This document shows positions 8,907 to 19,107 of a stretch of DNA of 64,000 nt, one piece after another. The position numbers were made by a program, and so were the translations under genes. Under the pieces are notes generated by a model. It searched no databases, was not told the origin of the DNA, and saw only the letters and a list, made by a program, of their open reading frames with translations. How positions within the stretch are numbered: the stretch's first letter is position 1; each line of letters opens with the position of its first letter. Origin of the DNA: Persephonella sp. IF05-L8 (lineage in GTDB: Bacteria; Aquificota; Aquificia; Aquificales; Hydrogenothermaceae); NCBI RefSeq assembly GCF_000703045.1, contig NZ_JNLJ01000005.1:37023-101022 (forward strand), in the 5' to 3' direction.

Positions 8907-10126
8907 TACATTTTTGAAACCTGAGAAATAAGGTCATATATAGGACCAATAAGTCCAAGCATAATAATAAGCATAAAAGCACCTACAATACCTATTATAA
9001 TAGGCTCAATCATTTTGGATATATTTTGTGCCAGATAATCCACCTTGTTATAGTAATAATTTGATATGTAATTCAGCTGTTCGTCCAACTGGCCTGCCTG
9101 CTCTCCTATTGAAATCATCCTTGTGATAACAGGAGAAAAAACCCCTTCTTCCTTCAAGGATTCTGAAAATGGTCTTCCTATTTCTATTTTTTCCCTTGTG
9201 TTTTTGATTGCAGTTTTGAATACTCTATTCTTAACGGCACCTTCCATAATATAAAGTGCCTGATAAAGTGGAACTCCAGAAATTATCATTAGTCTCAGAT
9301 ATTCAGCAAAAAAGGCATAATTGAAGTTTGTTATAATTACTCCAAACACAGGGGTTTTTAGCAGGAGTTTGTCTGTCTGATATCTAATTTTTTCATTTTT
9401 ATTTCTAAGTATTTTTAATATAATGAAACTAACAATAAGCATTAATATTGTTATCCATAGATATTTTTGTGTGTATTCTGACATATACATGATAAAAATA
9501 GTTGTGGTTGGCAATTGAACATTGAATTCTTTAAATGCATCAATTACTTTAGGTAAAACATATACCAGCCAGAATATTAATGCCCCAAGAACACTAAAAA
9601 AAGCAAATGATGGATATATTAATGCCTGCTTTGTTTTTGCTTTTATATCCTGTATTTTTTTCAGATGCTCTGCTGCATCTTTCAATGTTTTTTCAAGATT
9701 ACCTGTTTCTTCTCCTATTTTTATTAGGGAGACAATGACAGAAGAAAAAACCTCTGGATGTGCTTCAAAAGCCCGTGAAAGCGAATATCCAGCCTGAACT
9801 TTGTAGGCCATATCCTGTAAAAGCTCTTTTAAAGCTGGATTATCAGCATCCTCAGCCAAATCCATCAATCCTTGGATAACAGGAATTCCTGACTTTACAA
9901 TCAGATGAAGATTTTCAAGGGTTTCTATAATCTCTTGAGGTTTTATTCTGTAAAGTATTTTTATAGGATTAAGATATATAAAAAAGGATGGAAGTCTTCT
10001 AATTTTTACTGGAAATAAACCTGCAAACTCAAGAGCTCTGAAAATTTCATCTTCTGTTTCTACAGAAAATATTTTCCTTTGCTTATTTCCTTCCCTGTCT
10101 ATTACCTCTACCAGATATGTCTGCAT
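8906..10126 (-). CDS. pilC: type IV pilus / type II secretion platform protein PilC/GspF
   Basis: 406 aa; two GspF repeats; polytopic membrane protein located between pilB and the patatin gene. Confidence 0.85.
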   Translation of the reverse strand: MQTYLVEVIDREGNKQRKIFSVETEDEIFRALEFAGLFPVKIRRLPSFFIYLNPIKILYRIKPQEIIETLENLHLIVKSGIPVIQGLMDLAEDADNPALKELLQDMAYKVQAGYSLSRAFEAHPEVFSSVIVSLIKIGEETGNLEKTLKDAAEHLKKIQDIKAKTKQALIYPSFAFFSVLGALIFWLVYVLPKVIDAFKEFNVQLPTTTIFIMYMSEYTQKYLWITILMLIVSFIILKILRNKNEKIRYQTDKLLLKTPVFGVIITNFNYAFFAEYLRLMIISGVPLYQALYIMEGAVKNRVFKTAIKNTREKIEIGRPFSESLKEEGVFSPVITRMISIGEQAGQLDEQLNYISNYYYNKVDYLAQNISKMIEPIIIGIVGAFMLIIMLGLIGPIYDLISQVSKM

Positions 10127-11805
10127 TAGCCAACAACTCTCCTGACTTCCTCAGGGGTGGTTATTCCTTTTAAAACTTTTATAAGACCATCTTCTTTGAT
10201 AGTTAGCATTCCTTTTTCTCTGGCTTTTTCCATAATTTTCAGTGGAGTTTCCCCTTTTACAATTAAATCGGCTATATCAGGGTCAATGATTAATAGCTCT
10301 GCAATAACTGTTCTACCTAAATATCCTGTATTTTTACAGTGTTCACATCCTTTTCCATAATAGATTTTGATTTCTTCCTCGGGATTTTCCGCCCTTGCTA
10401 TCTTTTTAATTGAACTTAATTCAAATCCGTACTCTTCAAGTTCGGAAACTTTTATGGTTTTTTCTTCTTTGCAGAATGGACAGATTTTCCTTACCAGCCT
10501 TTGTGCTGTAATAGCAGATACCCCTGAACCAACCATATAATCTTTGATTTTCATATCAATTAAACGTGGTATGGCACTTACAGCATCATTTGTATGGAGG
10601 GTGGAGAGAACAAGATGACCTGTTATTGAGGCTCTCATTGCCATTTCAGCAGTTTCTTCGTCCCTAATCTCACCTACCAGAATAACATCAGGGTCTTGTC
10701 TAAGAAAATGTCTAATGGCACGGGCAAATGTATATCCAGCTTTTTCATTGACCTGTGTCTGCTTGATAAATGGGAATTTATATTCTATAGGGTCTTCTAC
10801 GGTAAGTATGTTTCTATTGAGGGCATTTATTTTCCTGAGAGCTGCATAAAGGGTTGTTGTTTTACCTGAGCCTGTAGGACCTGTAACAAGAACTATGCCC
10901 TGTGGTTTCATAAATTGTTTTTCCAGTTCTCTGAGGACATTTTCCTCAAAACCAAGATTTTTTAGATTAAATAGGGATATATTTTTTCCTAAAACTCTGA
11001 TAACTACATTTTCTCCTGAAGCTGTAGGAACTGTAGAAATTCTTAAATCGTATTCCTCGTCAAAAAATGTATGGGAGAAAGAACCATCCTGTGGAAGTCT
11101 TTGTTCTGCGATATCCATACCAGCAAGGACTTTTATACGGGATACAATTGAGTTATGTACTTCTTTAGGAATTGCATAGTAATGTTTCATAATACCATCT
11201 ATTCTGAAAAATACATGGGAAGCTAAATCTTCAGGGGATATATGTATATCTGTTGCTCTATCTATAATGGCATTATTTAGAATAAGCTCAACAAACCTGG
11301 GGACTTCGGTTCCCAGTCCTCCTGCTTTTGCTCTTTCTATGAGCTCTTTAATTTCTTCATCAACAGGTTTTTCCAGTAAAAAGTATTGGATTTCAATTGT
11401 TTTCAGGAGGGTTTCGGTATCGGTTACATAAATTTCAATTTCTTTACCTGTAACTCTTCTGACTATATCAATAGCATTAAGGTCATAGGGATTTGCCATT
11501 GCAAGATATAGCTTGTTGTCTTCTATCTGGAAAGGAATAACCTGAAACTGTTTTGCCAGATTTTTGTCTATTAGTCTAAGGGCTTCTTTGGTAGGGGGGT
11601 ATTGGGACAGGTCAATGTAAGGCTTTCCGGACTGATGAGCAATAGCCTCTGCCACTTCCCTTGGAGATACAAAAGAGAGCTTCTGGAGAATTTCCCCAAA
11701 AAGCCCTCCTACAACCTGCTGGACTTCAAGAGCTACCTGTATCTGCTCTTCTGTTATATAACCCAGCTCCTTCAGGAGCTGGCCAAGGGGTTTACGTTCA
11801 GGCAT
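10126..11805 (-). CDS. pilB: type IV pilus assembly / T2SS ATPase PilB/GspE
   Basis: N-terminal GSPII_E_N-like domain; Walker A VTGPTGSGKTTT; tetracysteine CPFC...CEHC zinc motif; 559 aa. Confidence 0.9.
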   Translation of the reverse strand: MPERKPLGQLLKELGYITEEQIQVALEVQQVVGGLFGEILQKLSFVSPREVAEAIAHQSGKPYIDLSQYPPTKEALRLIDKNLAKQFQVIPFQIEDNKLYLAMANPYDLNAIDIVRRVTGKEIEIYVTDTETLLKTIEIQYFLLEKPVDEEIKELIERAKAGGLGTEVPRFVELILNNAIIDRATDIHISPEDLASHVFFRIDGIMKHYYAIPKEVHNSIVSRIKVLAGMDIAEQRLPQDGSFSHTFFDEEYDLRISTVPTASGENVVIRVLGKNISLFNLKNLGFEENVLRELEKQFMKPQGIVLVTGPTGSGKTTTLYAALRKINALNRNILTVEDPIEYKFPFIKQTQVNEKAGYTFARAIRHFLRQDPDVILVGEIRDEETAEMAMRASITGHLVLSTLHTNDAVSAIPRLIDMKIKDYMVGSGVSAITAQRLVRKICPFCKEEKTIKVSELEEYGFELSSIKKIARAENPEEEIKIYYGKGCEHCKNTGYLGRTVIAELLIIDPDIADLIVKGETPLKIMEKAREKGMLTIKEDGLIKVLKGITTPEEVRRVVG

Positions 11806-12428
11806 TACTGTCTTTTGGAATCAAAATAATAGATAAGTGCATTGGAACCATTACATGCGCTTCCTGTTGGTGCATTGTTATATGTTGCAATCCATGTGGT
11901 AGAACTAACATTGTCAGGTGTACCTGCACAAATCACATTACCTCGTTCGCCATCGGCTACATTATCAAAGGATACATCTATTGCATCTACAAAAACAAGG
12001 TCATCTCCTCCAAAAGCCGTACCACAATCCTGAGCCTTACATAAAACCATTATATTTTTGGTGCCATCATTTCCAAAAAATACATAATACTTATAAGAGC
12101 CTACGGTTATTGTGTTGGTTTCGTTATTGGTAGTACCTTCATAGGGAGGATTTATAAAATTTGCATTTATCAAATCTGTTTTAACATCATCATTATTATC
12201 ATCTCCGATTAGACCACTATTATTTTGATCTCCTGCAAATCTTCCTTTTCTATCATAGAAATTCCACTGTGTTATTTCCCACTCCTTAAATTTTGCTGTA
12301 ACTTTTTTAGCCCTTGCATTCTGAATTAAGTCCTGACCTTTGATTACAGCTCCCAGGATAATACCTATAATGACCAGTACAATAGCCAGTTCAACCAAAG
12401 TAAAACCTTTTTGTGAATTTTTTTTCAT
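11805..12428 (-). CDS. prepilin-type N-terminal cleavage/methylation domain protein (type IV pilin or pseudopilin)
   Basis: KGFTLVELAIVLVIIGIILGAV class III signal sequence; 207 aa. Confidence 0.85.
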   Translation of the reverse strand: MKKNSQKGFTLVELAIVLVIIGIILGAVIKGQDLIQNARAKKVTAKFKEWEITQWNFYDRKGRFAGDQNNSGLIGDDNNDDVKTDLINANFINPPYEGTTNNETNTITVGSYKYYVFFGNDGTKNIMVLCKAQDCGTAFGGDDLVFVDAIDVSFDNVADGERGNVICAGTPDNVSSTTWIATYNNAPTGSACNGSNALIYYFDSKRQ

Positions 12429-12563
12429 TCTTATTACCTCCTGCTATTTATTAATAATTCTAAACTGAGTATTTAACATTATCGTCGTATTATTTAGAAA
12501 TTTCAATATTAACCGAATATTAACTTTGTATAAAACAAGATATGTTGCTAAAATGAGTAAATC

Positions 12564-13868
12564 ATGAAAATTTATTCTGTCTATTATGGGAATAGAATAA
12601 GGAAAGGTATAACCGTTAGAAAAAAAGGAAATCAGGTTTTATTCCTTTCTTTTGATTATAAAAAAGGTTCAAAAATAGCCATCTCTATTCATTATCCTGA
12701 AATTATATCTGCCAGTGTAACCTTACCAGATGTGGCAGACGAAGAAACAAAAGAACTTCTAACCAAGAATAGATTATCAAATCTGCTTTCTGCAGAAAAA
12801 GAGTATATCTTTTTGTATTTTGAAAAAGAAAAAATCTCCCAAACAGAAACACTTTTTGATGTTTATGCTCTTCCTTATGAAGTTTATCAGGAAGCTGTTG
12901 AAAGATATACTGATGTAGATTTACTTACTATTGATGTTTTTTCTTTAATATCTTTTGATTTAGAAGGTATTACATTCCATTTTTACTCCGACAGCGAAAA
13001 GATACTTATTTCTGTTTATAAAGAACAGCTTCCTCTTTATACAAGAGCAGTCTCTATTCCTGAAAACCTATCAACGGAGAAATATATAAATTTCCTTTAC
13101 GAAAATTTTAGTGTTACTTATTCATTTGTAACTCAGAATAAAAAGATAGATATTGACCAGATAATAATTTCCGGTGAAAATTTTGATAATCCAGAATTTA
13201 TAGAGTTGATATATAATCAGACCAGAGCTCCACTAACCAATCTTCTTCCTTTTGTTAAAGGGATTACTCCTCAGCAATTTAATGAATTTTTAATTGAAAT
13301 TGGGACAGCTCTTACCACAGAAAATTTTAACTTTTTACCTCCAGAGATAAAAAGGGAAAAAATCTTTTCCCGTCTTTTAAAGAATTTGACGATATTACTT
13401 CTATTTCTCCTGATTTTTTTATCAATAGTGGATGTAAATAAATTTATTAATCTGAAGAGATTAAATGAGCAATTAACAGATTTACGGTATGATATAGAAA
13501 CAGCACTAACAAAGATAAATTCAATATTTACTTCTGGGGAACTTGATTTTTATAGAAAGTATTTTGAATTGGCAAATGTAAGCATAAGCATATCCCCCGA
13601 TACTATCATATCTGAGATAAGTAATCTCCTACTTATGCTAAATGAAGATAAATTTGAGATAAAAGTTCAGGAAAGTTATATAGAAATTCATATAGATGCA
13701 ACTCAGCAATTTAATTCTCTTATAGAAATGGAAGATTTCAAAGAAAATCTAAATACCACCCTTGCTCATCTTAAAGAATTTGACGTAAAGAAATCTATTA
13801 ACGAAAATATAGAAAAGTTGGAGTTGGAAATACACCTATTTTTGAGGAAACCTCTTGATGAGAAGTAA
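12564..13868 (+). CDS. pilus assembly protein, PilM/PilN-like fusion (GspL-like architecture)
   Basis: 434 aa; predicted cytoplasmic N-domain, a single central TM (LLKNLTILLLFLLIFLSIV), coiled-coil periplasmic C-domain; first gene of the pilMNOPQ-like operon. Confidence 0.5.
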   Translation: MKIYSVYYGNRIRKGITVRKKGNQVLFLSFDYKKGSKIAISIHYPEIISASVTLPDVADEETKELLTKNRLSNLLSAEKEYIFLYFEKEKISQTETLFDVYALPYEVYQEAVERYTDVDLLTIDVFSLISFDLEGITFHFYSDSEKILISVYKEQLPLYTRAVSIPENLSTEKYINFLYENFSVTYSFVTQNKKIDIDQIIISGENFDNPEFIELIYNQTRAPLTNLLPFVKGITPQQFNEFLIEIGTALTTENFNFLPPEIKREKIFSRLLKNLTILLLFLLIFLSIVDVNKFINLKRLNEQLTDLRYDIETALTKINSIFTSGELDFYRKYFELANVSISISPDTIISEISNLLLMLNEDKFEIKVQESYIEIHIDATQQFNSLIEMEDFKENLNTTLAHLKEFDVKKSINENIEKLELEIHLFLRKPLDEK

Positions 13869-14349
13869 GGTATATTTAGTGTATTTGGTTATTTCTCTGC
13901 TTACTATCTTTTCCCTTGTTTTTTATTTTTCTTTGTCTTCTGTTCAGAAATCTCTTGAAAGCAAAAAAGGAGAATTTCTTTCTTATAAAAACAAGATAAA
14001 CAATATTGAAAAAGACCTTATTAGGTTAAAGGAACTTGTCCAGAAAAACGGTTTGTTTCCTGTAAAAAAGAAAGAAGCCAAAGTTATAGTTCTTAGGGAG
14101 ATAAACCACTTTATTGAAATGTATGATGCCGAAATAATTAAGCCTGTGACAGACGAAAATGGAGTTTATTCGGCCACTGTAGTGTTCAAATACTATCCAG
14201 AAAGTGCGATAGAACTAATGGAATTAATAAGAAAGTTTAAGGAAAAAAAATATCCTATACTAATGGTAAATAGATTTTTCCTCGAAAATTTAGAAGAAGG
14301 TAGTATTGTTACTTTAGAAATCACCCTGGAGCAGCCATACGTAAAATGA
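13855..14349 (+). CDS. PilO/GspM-like bitopic pilus assembly protein
   Basis: N-terminal TM (VYLVYLVISLLTIFSLVFYF) then coiled-coil periplasmic domain; operon position. Confidence 0.45.
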   Translation: MMRSKVYLVYLVISLLTIFSLVFYFSLSSVQKSLESKKGEFLSYKNKINNIEKDLIRLKELVQKNGLFPVKKKEAKVIVLREINHFIEMYDAEIIKPVTDENGVYSATVVFKYYPESAIELMELIRKFKEKKYPILMVNRFFLENLEEGSIVTLEITLEQPYVK

Positions 14350-14828
14350 ACTTAGCTAAAGATTTCAAAAAACTTAAAGCTAAAGAGATATTGTTATTAT
14401 TTCTACCTGTTATCGTAGGTGGATTTTTATCTATCGTATTTTATCCATTTTTACAAAATATTCTATACTCTCTTTTTGAAAAAAATTTAAATTACTCACT
14501 GAAATTACCAGAGATTGACTTCAAAATTGACTTCAAAATTAGGAAATCACCTAAGATATATCACGAAACTGTTTCTTCTCTGCTGGAAATAAAACCTTAC
14601 AAAGCTCCCTTACAAATGGATAGACCTGCAAATATAAATAAAAATCCTGCTCCATCTTATAAAATTTCTTTTATATACATTGGAAAAAACAAGTATGTGA
14701 TAATCAATAATAAACTCTGGTCAGAAGGCGATACATTACCTTCTGGAGAAAAAATTTTAAGGATAACCAGAAACGGTATCTTAGTAACAGGCAAATGGGG
14801 TGAAAGATGGATAAAATTTTTAAGATAA
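14346..14828 (+). CDS. PilP-like hypothetical membrane-anchored protein
   Basis: N-terminal TM; tandem EIDFKIDFKI repeat encoded by a 12-bp direct repeat at 14517-14542; immediately precedes the secretin. Confidence 0.4.
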   Translation: MNLAKDFKKLKAKEILLLFLPVIVGGFLSIVFYPFLQNILYSLFEKNLNYSLKLPEIDFKIDFKIRKSPKIYHETVSSLLEIKPYKAPLQMDRPANINKNPAPSYKISFIYIGKNKYVIINNKLWSEGDTLPSGEKILRITRNGILVTGKWGERWIKFLR

Positions 14829-16375
14829 TTCTTGGTTTGTTATTTGTATTCCAGATTAGCTGTTATCATCAACAGAATTATCAAGTTGTGAAGAAGAATA
14901 ATATGGTTAAATCTTCTAAAACCACACCTACAGCACACGAAAAAAAGATTACAAAAAACTTTATTCCTCCACCACCTATTATAAAAAAGCCTGTTATTCA
15001 AAAAATATCGCCTCTGGAAGGAAAATATTTCTCCTTTAGTGCAAATAATGCTCCTTTACGCACAGTTTTGTATGCAATATCAAAGGATACAGGGATGAAC
15101 CTGGCAATATCCCCAGATGTTAATTTGTCTAAAGTGATATCTGCGAATTTTAATAATACCCCTGCCCAGACGGCTCTTGATATCATTACTTCTCTGGCAG
15201 GAGTTTACTACGAAATAAAAGGTAATGTTATTTACATCAAAGCCACCACAACAAAAACTTTTCATATACCCTATATCCATACAAATTCTAAATATAAAGC
15301 TGACCTTGGAGGTGATGTCCTTGGCAGTTCAGCTTACAGAGGAGGAACAACAGGGACAACAACAGGAGGTGTTCCTTTAACTGGAACAGGAAGAACCACC
15401 TCAACTTCTACATCAAATTTAAGCGGTAGATTTTCCCTACAATACGAAACCCCAGAGGATATTAATGACTACTATCAAGAAATAGAAACTACCATTAGAG
15501 ATATTCTACAGATTAACTCCACTTCCCAACAAAACTCTCTAAACAGCTATACATTAAATAGATTTACAGGAGTTTTAATTGTAACTGCAACACGGGATAA
15601 AATGGAAAAAATTGAAAATTTCATAAAAATATTAAAAAAAGAAACAAAGAAGCAGGTACTAATAGAAGCAAAAATTATTGAAGTAACTCTAAATAATGAA
15701 TTTAGATATGGAATAGATTGGAACTTGCTTATGAGAAATTTCTTAGGAACTGGAGCCTCGGTCAATGTAGTCCAAAGTTTAGCTCTGGGAACCAGTTATG
15801 GACAAGTGCTGGTTACCGGTAAAGATTTTCAATCCATACTCAATGCCCTTGCAAGTGTAGGAAGTATAGAAACTCTTTCAAATCCACGGATACGAGTTTT
15901 AAACGGTCAGACAGCTTTAATTTCCTCAGGAATAGTTATCCCGTTTTGGGAGAAAGAAATAAATACTGTTACAGGAACTGCCGTTACTCAGCAGGTAAAT
16001 TACATACGAACCAGTATACTAAACGGAATTTTACTTGGAGTAACTCCTTACATAGGAGATGGTGAAATTCTTATGAATATAATTCCTGTTTCAACAAGAA
16101 TAGAAGATGTTCGTCAACTCATTGATAATGGACAAGTAGTAGCAGAAGCTCCTGTTCTTAATATAAAGGAAGCAGGAACAGTTGTAAAAGTAAAAGATGG
16201 AGACCTAATTATCATTGGTGGTCTAATAGGTACTGAGGAAAGAAAAATAGAAAGTAAAGTACCCGGCTTAGGGGATATACCCGGCATAGGAGCCTTATTT
16301 AAGAGGTATGAAACAGTAAAAACCAAAAAAGAGCTTATAATCTTCCTTAGACCTCATATAATAAAGGTACATTAA
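14807..16375 (+). CDS. pilQ: secretin PilQ/GspD
   Basis: Secretin core LIEAKIIEVTLNNEFRYGIDWNLL...; C-terminal VPGLGDIPGIGALFKRYETVKTKKELIIFLRPHII; 522 aa. Confidence 0.9.
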   Translation: MDKIFKIILGLLFVFQISCYHQQNYQVVKKNNMVKSSKTTPTAHEKKITKNFIPPPPIIKKPVIQKISPLEGKYFSFSANNAPLRTVLYAISKDTGMNLAISPDVNLSKVISANFNNTPAQTALDIITSLAGVYYEIKGNVIYIKATTTKTFHIPYIHTNSKYKADLGGDVLGSSAYRGGTTGTTTGGVPLTGTGRTTSTSTSNLSGRFSLQYETPEDINDYYQEIETTIRDILQINSTSQQNSLNSYTLNRFTGVLIVTATRDKMEKIENFIKILKKETKKQVLIEAKIIEVTLNNEFRYGIDWNLLMRNFLGTGASVNVVQSLALGTSYGQVLVTGKDFQSILNALASVGSIETLSNPRIRVLNGQTALISSGIVIPFWEKEINTVTGTAVTQQVNYIRTSILNGILLGVTPYIGDGEILMNIIPVSTRIEDVRQLIDNGQVVAEAPVLNIKEAGTVVKVKDGDLIIIGGLIGTEERKIESKVPGLGDIPGIGALFKRYETVKTKKELIIFLRPHIIKVH

Positions 16376-16380
16376 AAATC

Positions 16381-17352
16381 ATGAGCCTGATACTGGATAC
16401 ATTAAACAAAATGAAAGAAGGGAAAAAGAAAAAACCTATTCCCCCTTCTTTGTCAAAAAGAAATAAAGCCAATAATACTAAGAAAAAATATATATTGCTG
16501 TTCAGTATTATGATACTTCTTTCTACTGTAATGACATTCCTTATTATTCTTGGGGATAAATTTGTTTATGAAAACTCAAGAATAACCAAAATTATCCCAA
16601 CTAACGACACGGATAAAAAAGAACCCTCTGTCACATCTTATAATAAACCCGAAAATACTTCTAAAGAAGATAATACTTTTTCAAAAAACTTACCGAAAAA
16701 AATACCGGAGCTACAAACATCCTCAAAAGTTCAAATCAACCAAAATCCACAACCTAACAAGAATATCCAGAATGTAAAATCTTATAAAGAGAAAGATAAA
16801 AACTTTTTATATTCCTCGTACCTGTCTTTAGCGAACAAATATATAGAAGAGCAAAACTTTAAAAAAGCTTTAATTTTTTTGAAAAAAGCTTATAAACTTT
16901 ATCCTTCACAAAAGGTATTAAAGAATATAGTTGCAATAGAAATATCTTTAGGACATATATCTGACCTTCCTGTCTTTATAAAAAAAATAAAAAATCCTGA
17001 ATTTCTGTCTGAAATATTAATAGAACTGATAGAAAAAGGTGAGACCAGTTTTGTTCATGATTATCTCACAAAAAATCTACAAAATGATAAATCAGGTTAT
17101 CTAAATTATGTTGCAGGGTATCTTTATGAAAAAGAGGGCGATTATAAAAAAGCTGAGGTATATTATCAGAGGGCATACGAACTGAATAGAAAAGACTTTT
17201 ATCTGGGATATGCCTACGCCAGAATTTTAGAGATAAATGGAAACTATTCTAAAGCATTAAAAATTTATAAAGAAATAAAAAAACTTCATATAACCGATAA
17301 TAAACTACGGGAGGTGGTGGCGGAGAGAATTAAATTGATAGGAGAATTTTGA
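16381..17352 (+). CDS. TPR-repeat protein with N-terminal membrane anchor (PilF/PilW-like candidate)
   Basis: N-terminal TM; C-terminal TPR-like repeats (NFKKALIFLKKAYKLYP, YKKAEVYYQRAYELNRKDFYLGYAYARI...). Confidence 0.55.
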   Translation: MSLILDTLNKMKEGKKKKPIPPSLSKRNKANNTKKKYILLFSIMILLSTVMTFLIILGDKFVYENSRITKIIPTNDTDKKEPSVTSYNKPENTSKEDNTFSKNLPKKIPELQTSSKVQINQNPQPNKNIQNVKSYKEKDKNFLYSSYLSLANKYIEEQNFKKALIFLKKAYKLYPSQKVLKNIVAIEISLGHISDLPVFIKKIKNPEFLSEILIELIEKGETSFVHDYLTKNLQNDKSGYLNYVAGYLYEKEGDYKKAEVYYQRAYELNRKDFYLGYAYARILEINGNYSKALKIYKEIKKLHITDNKLREVVAERIKLIGEF

Positions 17353-18731
17353 TGAAAAGAAGCAAAGGCTTTACTCTGATAGAACTTGCAATGGTATTAA
17401 TTATAATAGGGCTATTAATCGGTATTGGAATTACTGTATATAAAATTTTAATTAAACAATCTAAATTCAAAGCAAACAAAGAAGTTGTCCAGACTGCCTG
17501 TGATGCTATCAAAGGATATGCACAATCCCATTATTTGGTACCTGACAATATTACTTCCTTAGGAGTGAAAACTACAGACCCTTATAATAACCCTTTGGTT
17601 TATAAATACGATAATAATTACACATCAAATAATCTGTGTACATTTAATTCCACAGATTTTTTAGAAGTAAAAGTGTATGACGAAAATAACTCATTAATTG
17701 CTACTAAAGATAATGTGGTTTTTGCTATTTACAGCAAAGGAGAAAACAGAAATGATGATACTAACCCTGATGGAGATAATATACTTGATATAAAGCCTTA
17801 TGGAACAAATAATTTTGATGATATTGTATGCTACCTGGACATAAATACATTACGAAAAGATGTCTGCCCTACTCCTTTACGGATAAGTGGAGATTTACCT
17901 CCTGCTAAAGAAGATACCTATTATGAAGCTTATATTGATGTAACAGGAGGTGTGCCACCATATAACTACAATTGGGGGACATTACCATGTGGATTAAACT
18001 ACAGCAATAACAAAATATACGGCACTATAAACTGTGATACAAACTCAACAGACGGAACTCTGTCAGGATGCTCTAAAAACGAAACTATAAATATAACTGT
18101 CGAAGATTCTCTGGTTCCTCCCCCTGCCTACTCAGACAGCAAAACATTAACCCTCACTATAACAGCACAGCCTCCAGCTGTAGTAGAAAATTCATTACCG
18201 GATGGACAGGAAGGAATTAGTTATTCCGTAAGTCTACACGCAATAGGAGGAGACGGTAATTATACATGGAATATCTCTGGTTTACCATCTGGTCTTTCTG
18301 CAAGCGGCAATACAATATCAGGTATTCCTGCTCCTGGAACAGCAGGTACTTATTCTGTAAAGGTGGAACTATCAAGTTGCAGTCAGACTGTTGTAAAATA
18401 CCTTCCACTTGTAATTAATCCTCCTACTTCCTCCTCAGGAGGTGGAAATACAGGATGTACATTTGGAAATCCTATAACTGTAGAAAATGTTGGAGGTGTT
18501 AGATATGTAAGATTAGGAACCATCTCAGGTAGTTTCTGTATCTTATCCACCACCTGTGTTAATTTTGTATCCATAAGTTTATCCAGTACAAATGCCTGTT
18601 TTGCTGCGTACCGAAGCAGAAATTGTAGTAGAAATGCAGAAGCTGCCTATTCTTATAATCAGGCATATTCAACAGACAGCAATAATAACTGCATAGTCAA
18701 CTACAATAATGGGAACTTAACTGATGATTAA
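17349..18731 (+). CDS. large prepilin-type protein with Ig-like (Dystroglycan/cadherin-like) repeats and Cys-rich C-terminus (putative minor pilin / tip adhesin)
   Basis: KGFTLIELAMVLIIIGLLIGIGIT class III signal; two ~90-aa repeats (GGVPPYNYNWGTLPCGL..., GGDGNYTWNISGLPSGL...); nine Cys in the last 110 aa. Confidence 0.7.
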   Translation: MMKRSKGFTLIELAMVLIIIGLLIGIGITVYKILIKQSKFKANKEVVQTACDAIKGYAQSHYLVPDNITSLGVKTTDPYNNPLVYKYDNNYTSNNLCTFNSTDFLEVKVYDENNSLIATKDNVVFAIYSKGENRNDDTNPDGDNILDIKPYGTNNFDDIVCYLDINTLRKDVCPTPLRISGDLPPAKEDTYYEAYIDVTGGVPPYNYNWGTLPCGLNYSNNKIYGTINCDTNSTDGTLSGCSKNETINITVEDSLVPPPAYSDSKTLTLTITAQPPAVVENSLPDGQEGISYSVSLHAIGGDGNYTWNISGLPSGLSASGNTISGIPAPGTAGTYSVKVELSSCSQTVVKYLPLVINPPTSSSGGGNTGCTFGNPITVENVGGVRYVRLGTISGSFCILSTTCVNFVSISLSSTNACFAAYRSRNCSRNAEAAYSYNQAYSTDSNNNCIVNYNNGNLTDD

Positions 18732-19107
18732 CCGAATATATTTAATCTGGATTTTTTTGGCTTTACTTTGTGTAAATCCTTCTTATTCTTTTTCTGGAAG
18801 TAAAGTATTCGAAAAAAAATGTGCCCAGTGCCATTTATTAGAAGTTTTTGATAATAATCTAAATCTGGAAGCTCCACCTATGAATATAGTAATGAGACAG
18901 GTTTACTATGTGTATAGAAATGAGCAAAATTTTATCTTGTATCTTAAAGATTATCTACAAAATCCTTCTATGGAAAAATCTGTATGCCAGCCCTGTATAA
19001 AAAGATGGGGATTAATGCCCCCTATAAAAATCAATTCTTATGAAGCTGAAGAATTGGGTATCTGGCTATTTAGACGGTTTATCTCTATCGACCGTATAAA
19101 CCCATAA
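18724..19107 (+). CDS. class I monoheme cytochrome c with signal peptide
   Basis: Signal peptide; heme-binding CAQCH; distal Met motif RWGLMPP; 8-nt overlap with the preceding pilin-like gene. Confidence 0.75.
   Translation: MINRIYLIWIFLALLCVNPSYSFSGSKVFEKKCAQCHLLEVFDNNLNLEAPPMNIVMRQVYYVYRNEQNFILYLKDYLQNPSMEKSVCQPCIKRWGLMPPIKINSYEAEELGIWLFRRFISIDRINP

Noticed and set aside
14517-14542. Tandem 12-bp direct repeat (gacttcaaaatt x2)
   Set aside because: It lies inside a coding region and simply encodes EIDFKIDFKI. It is too short and isolated to be a CRISPR array or other repeat array. It is noted in the PilP-like feature.
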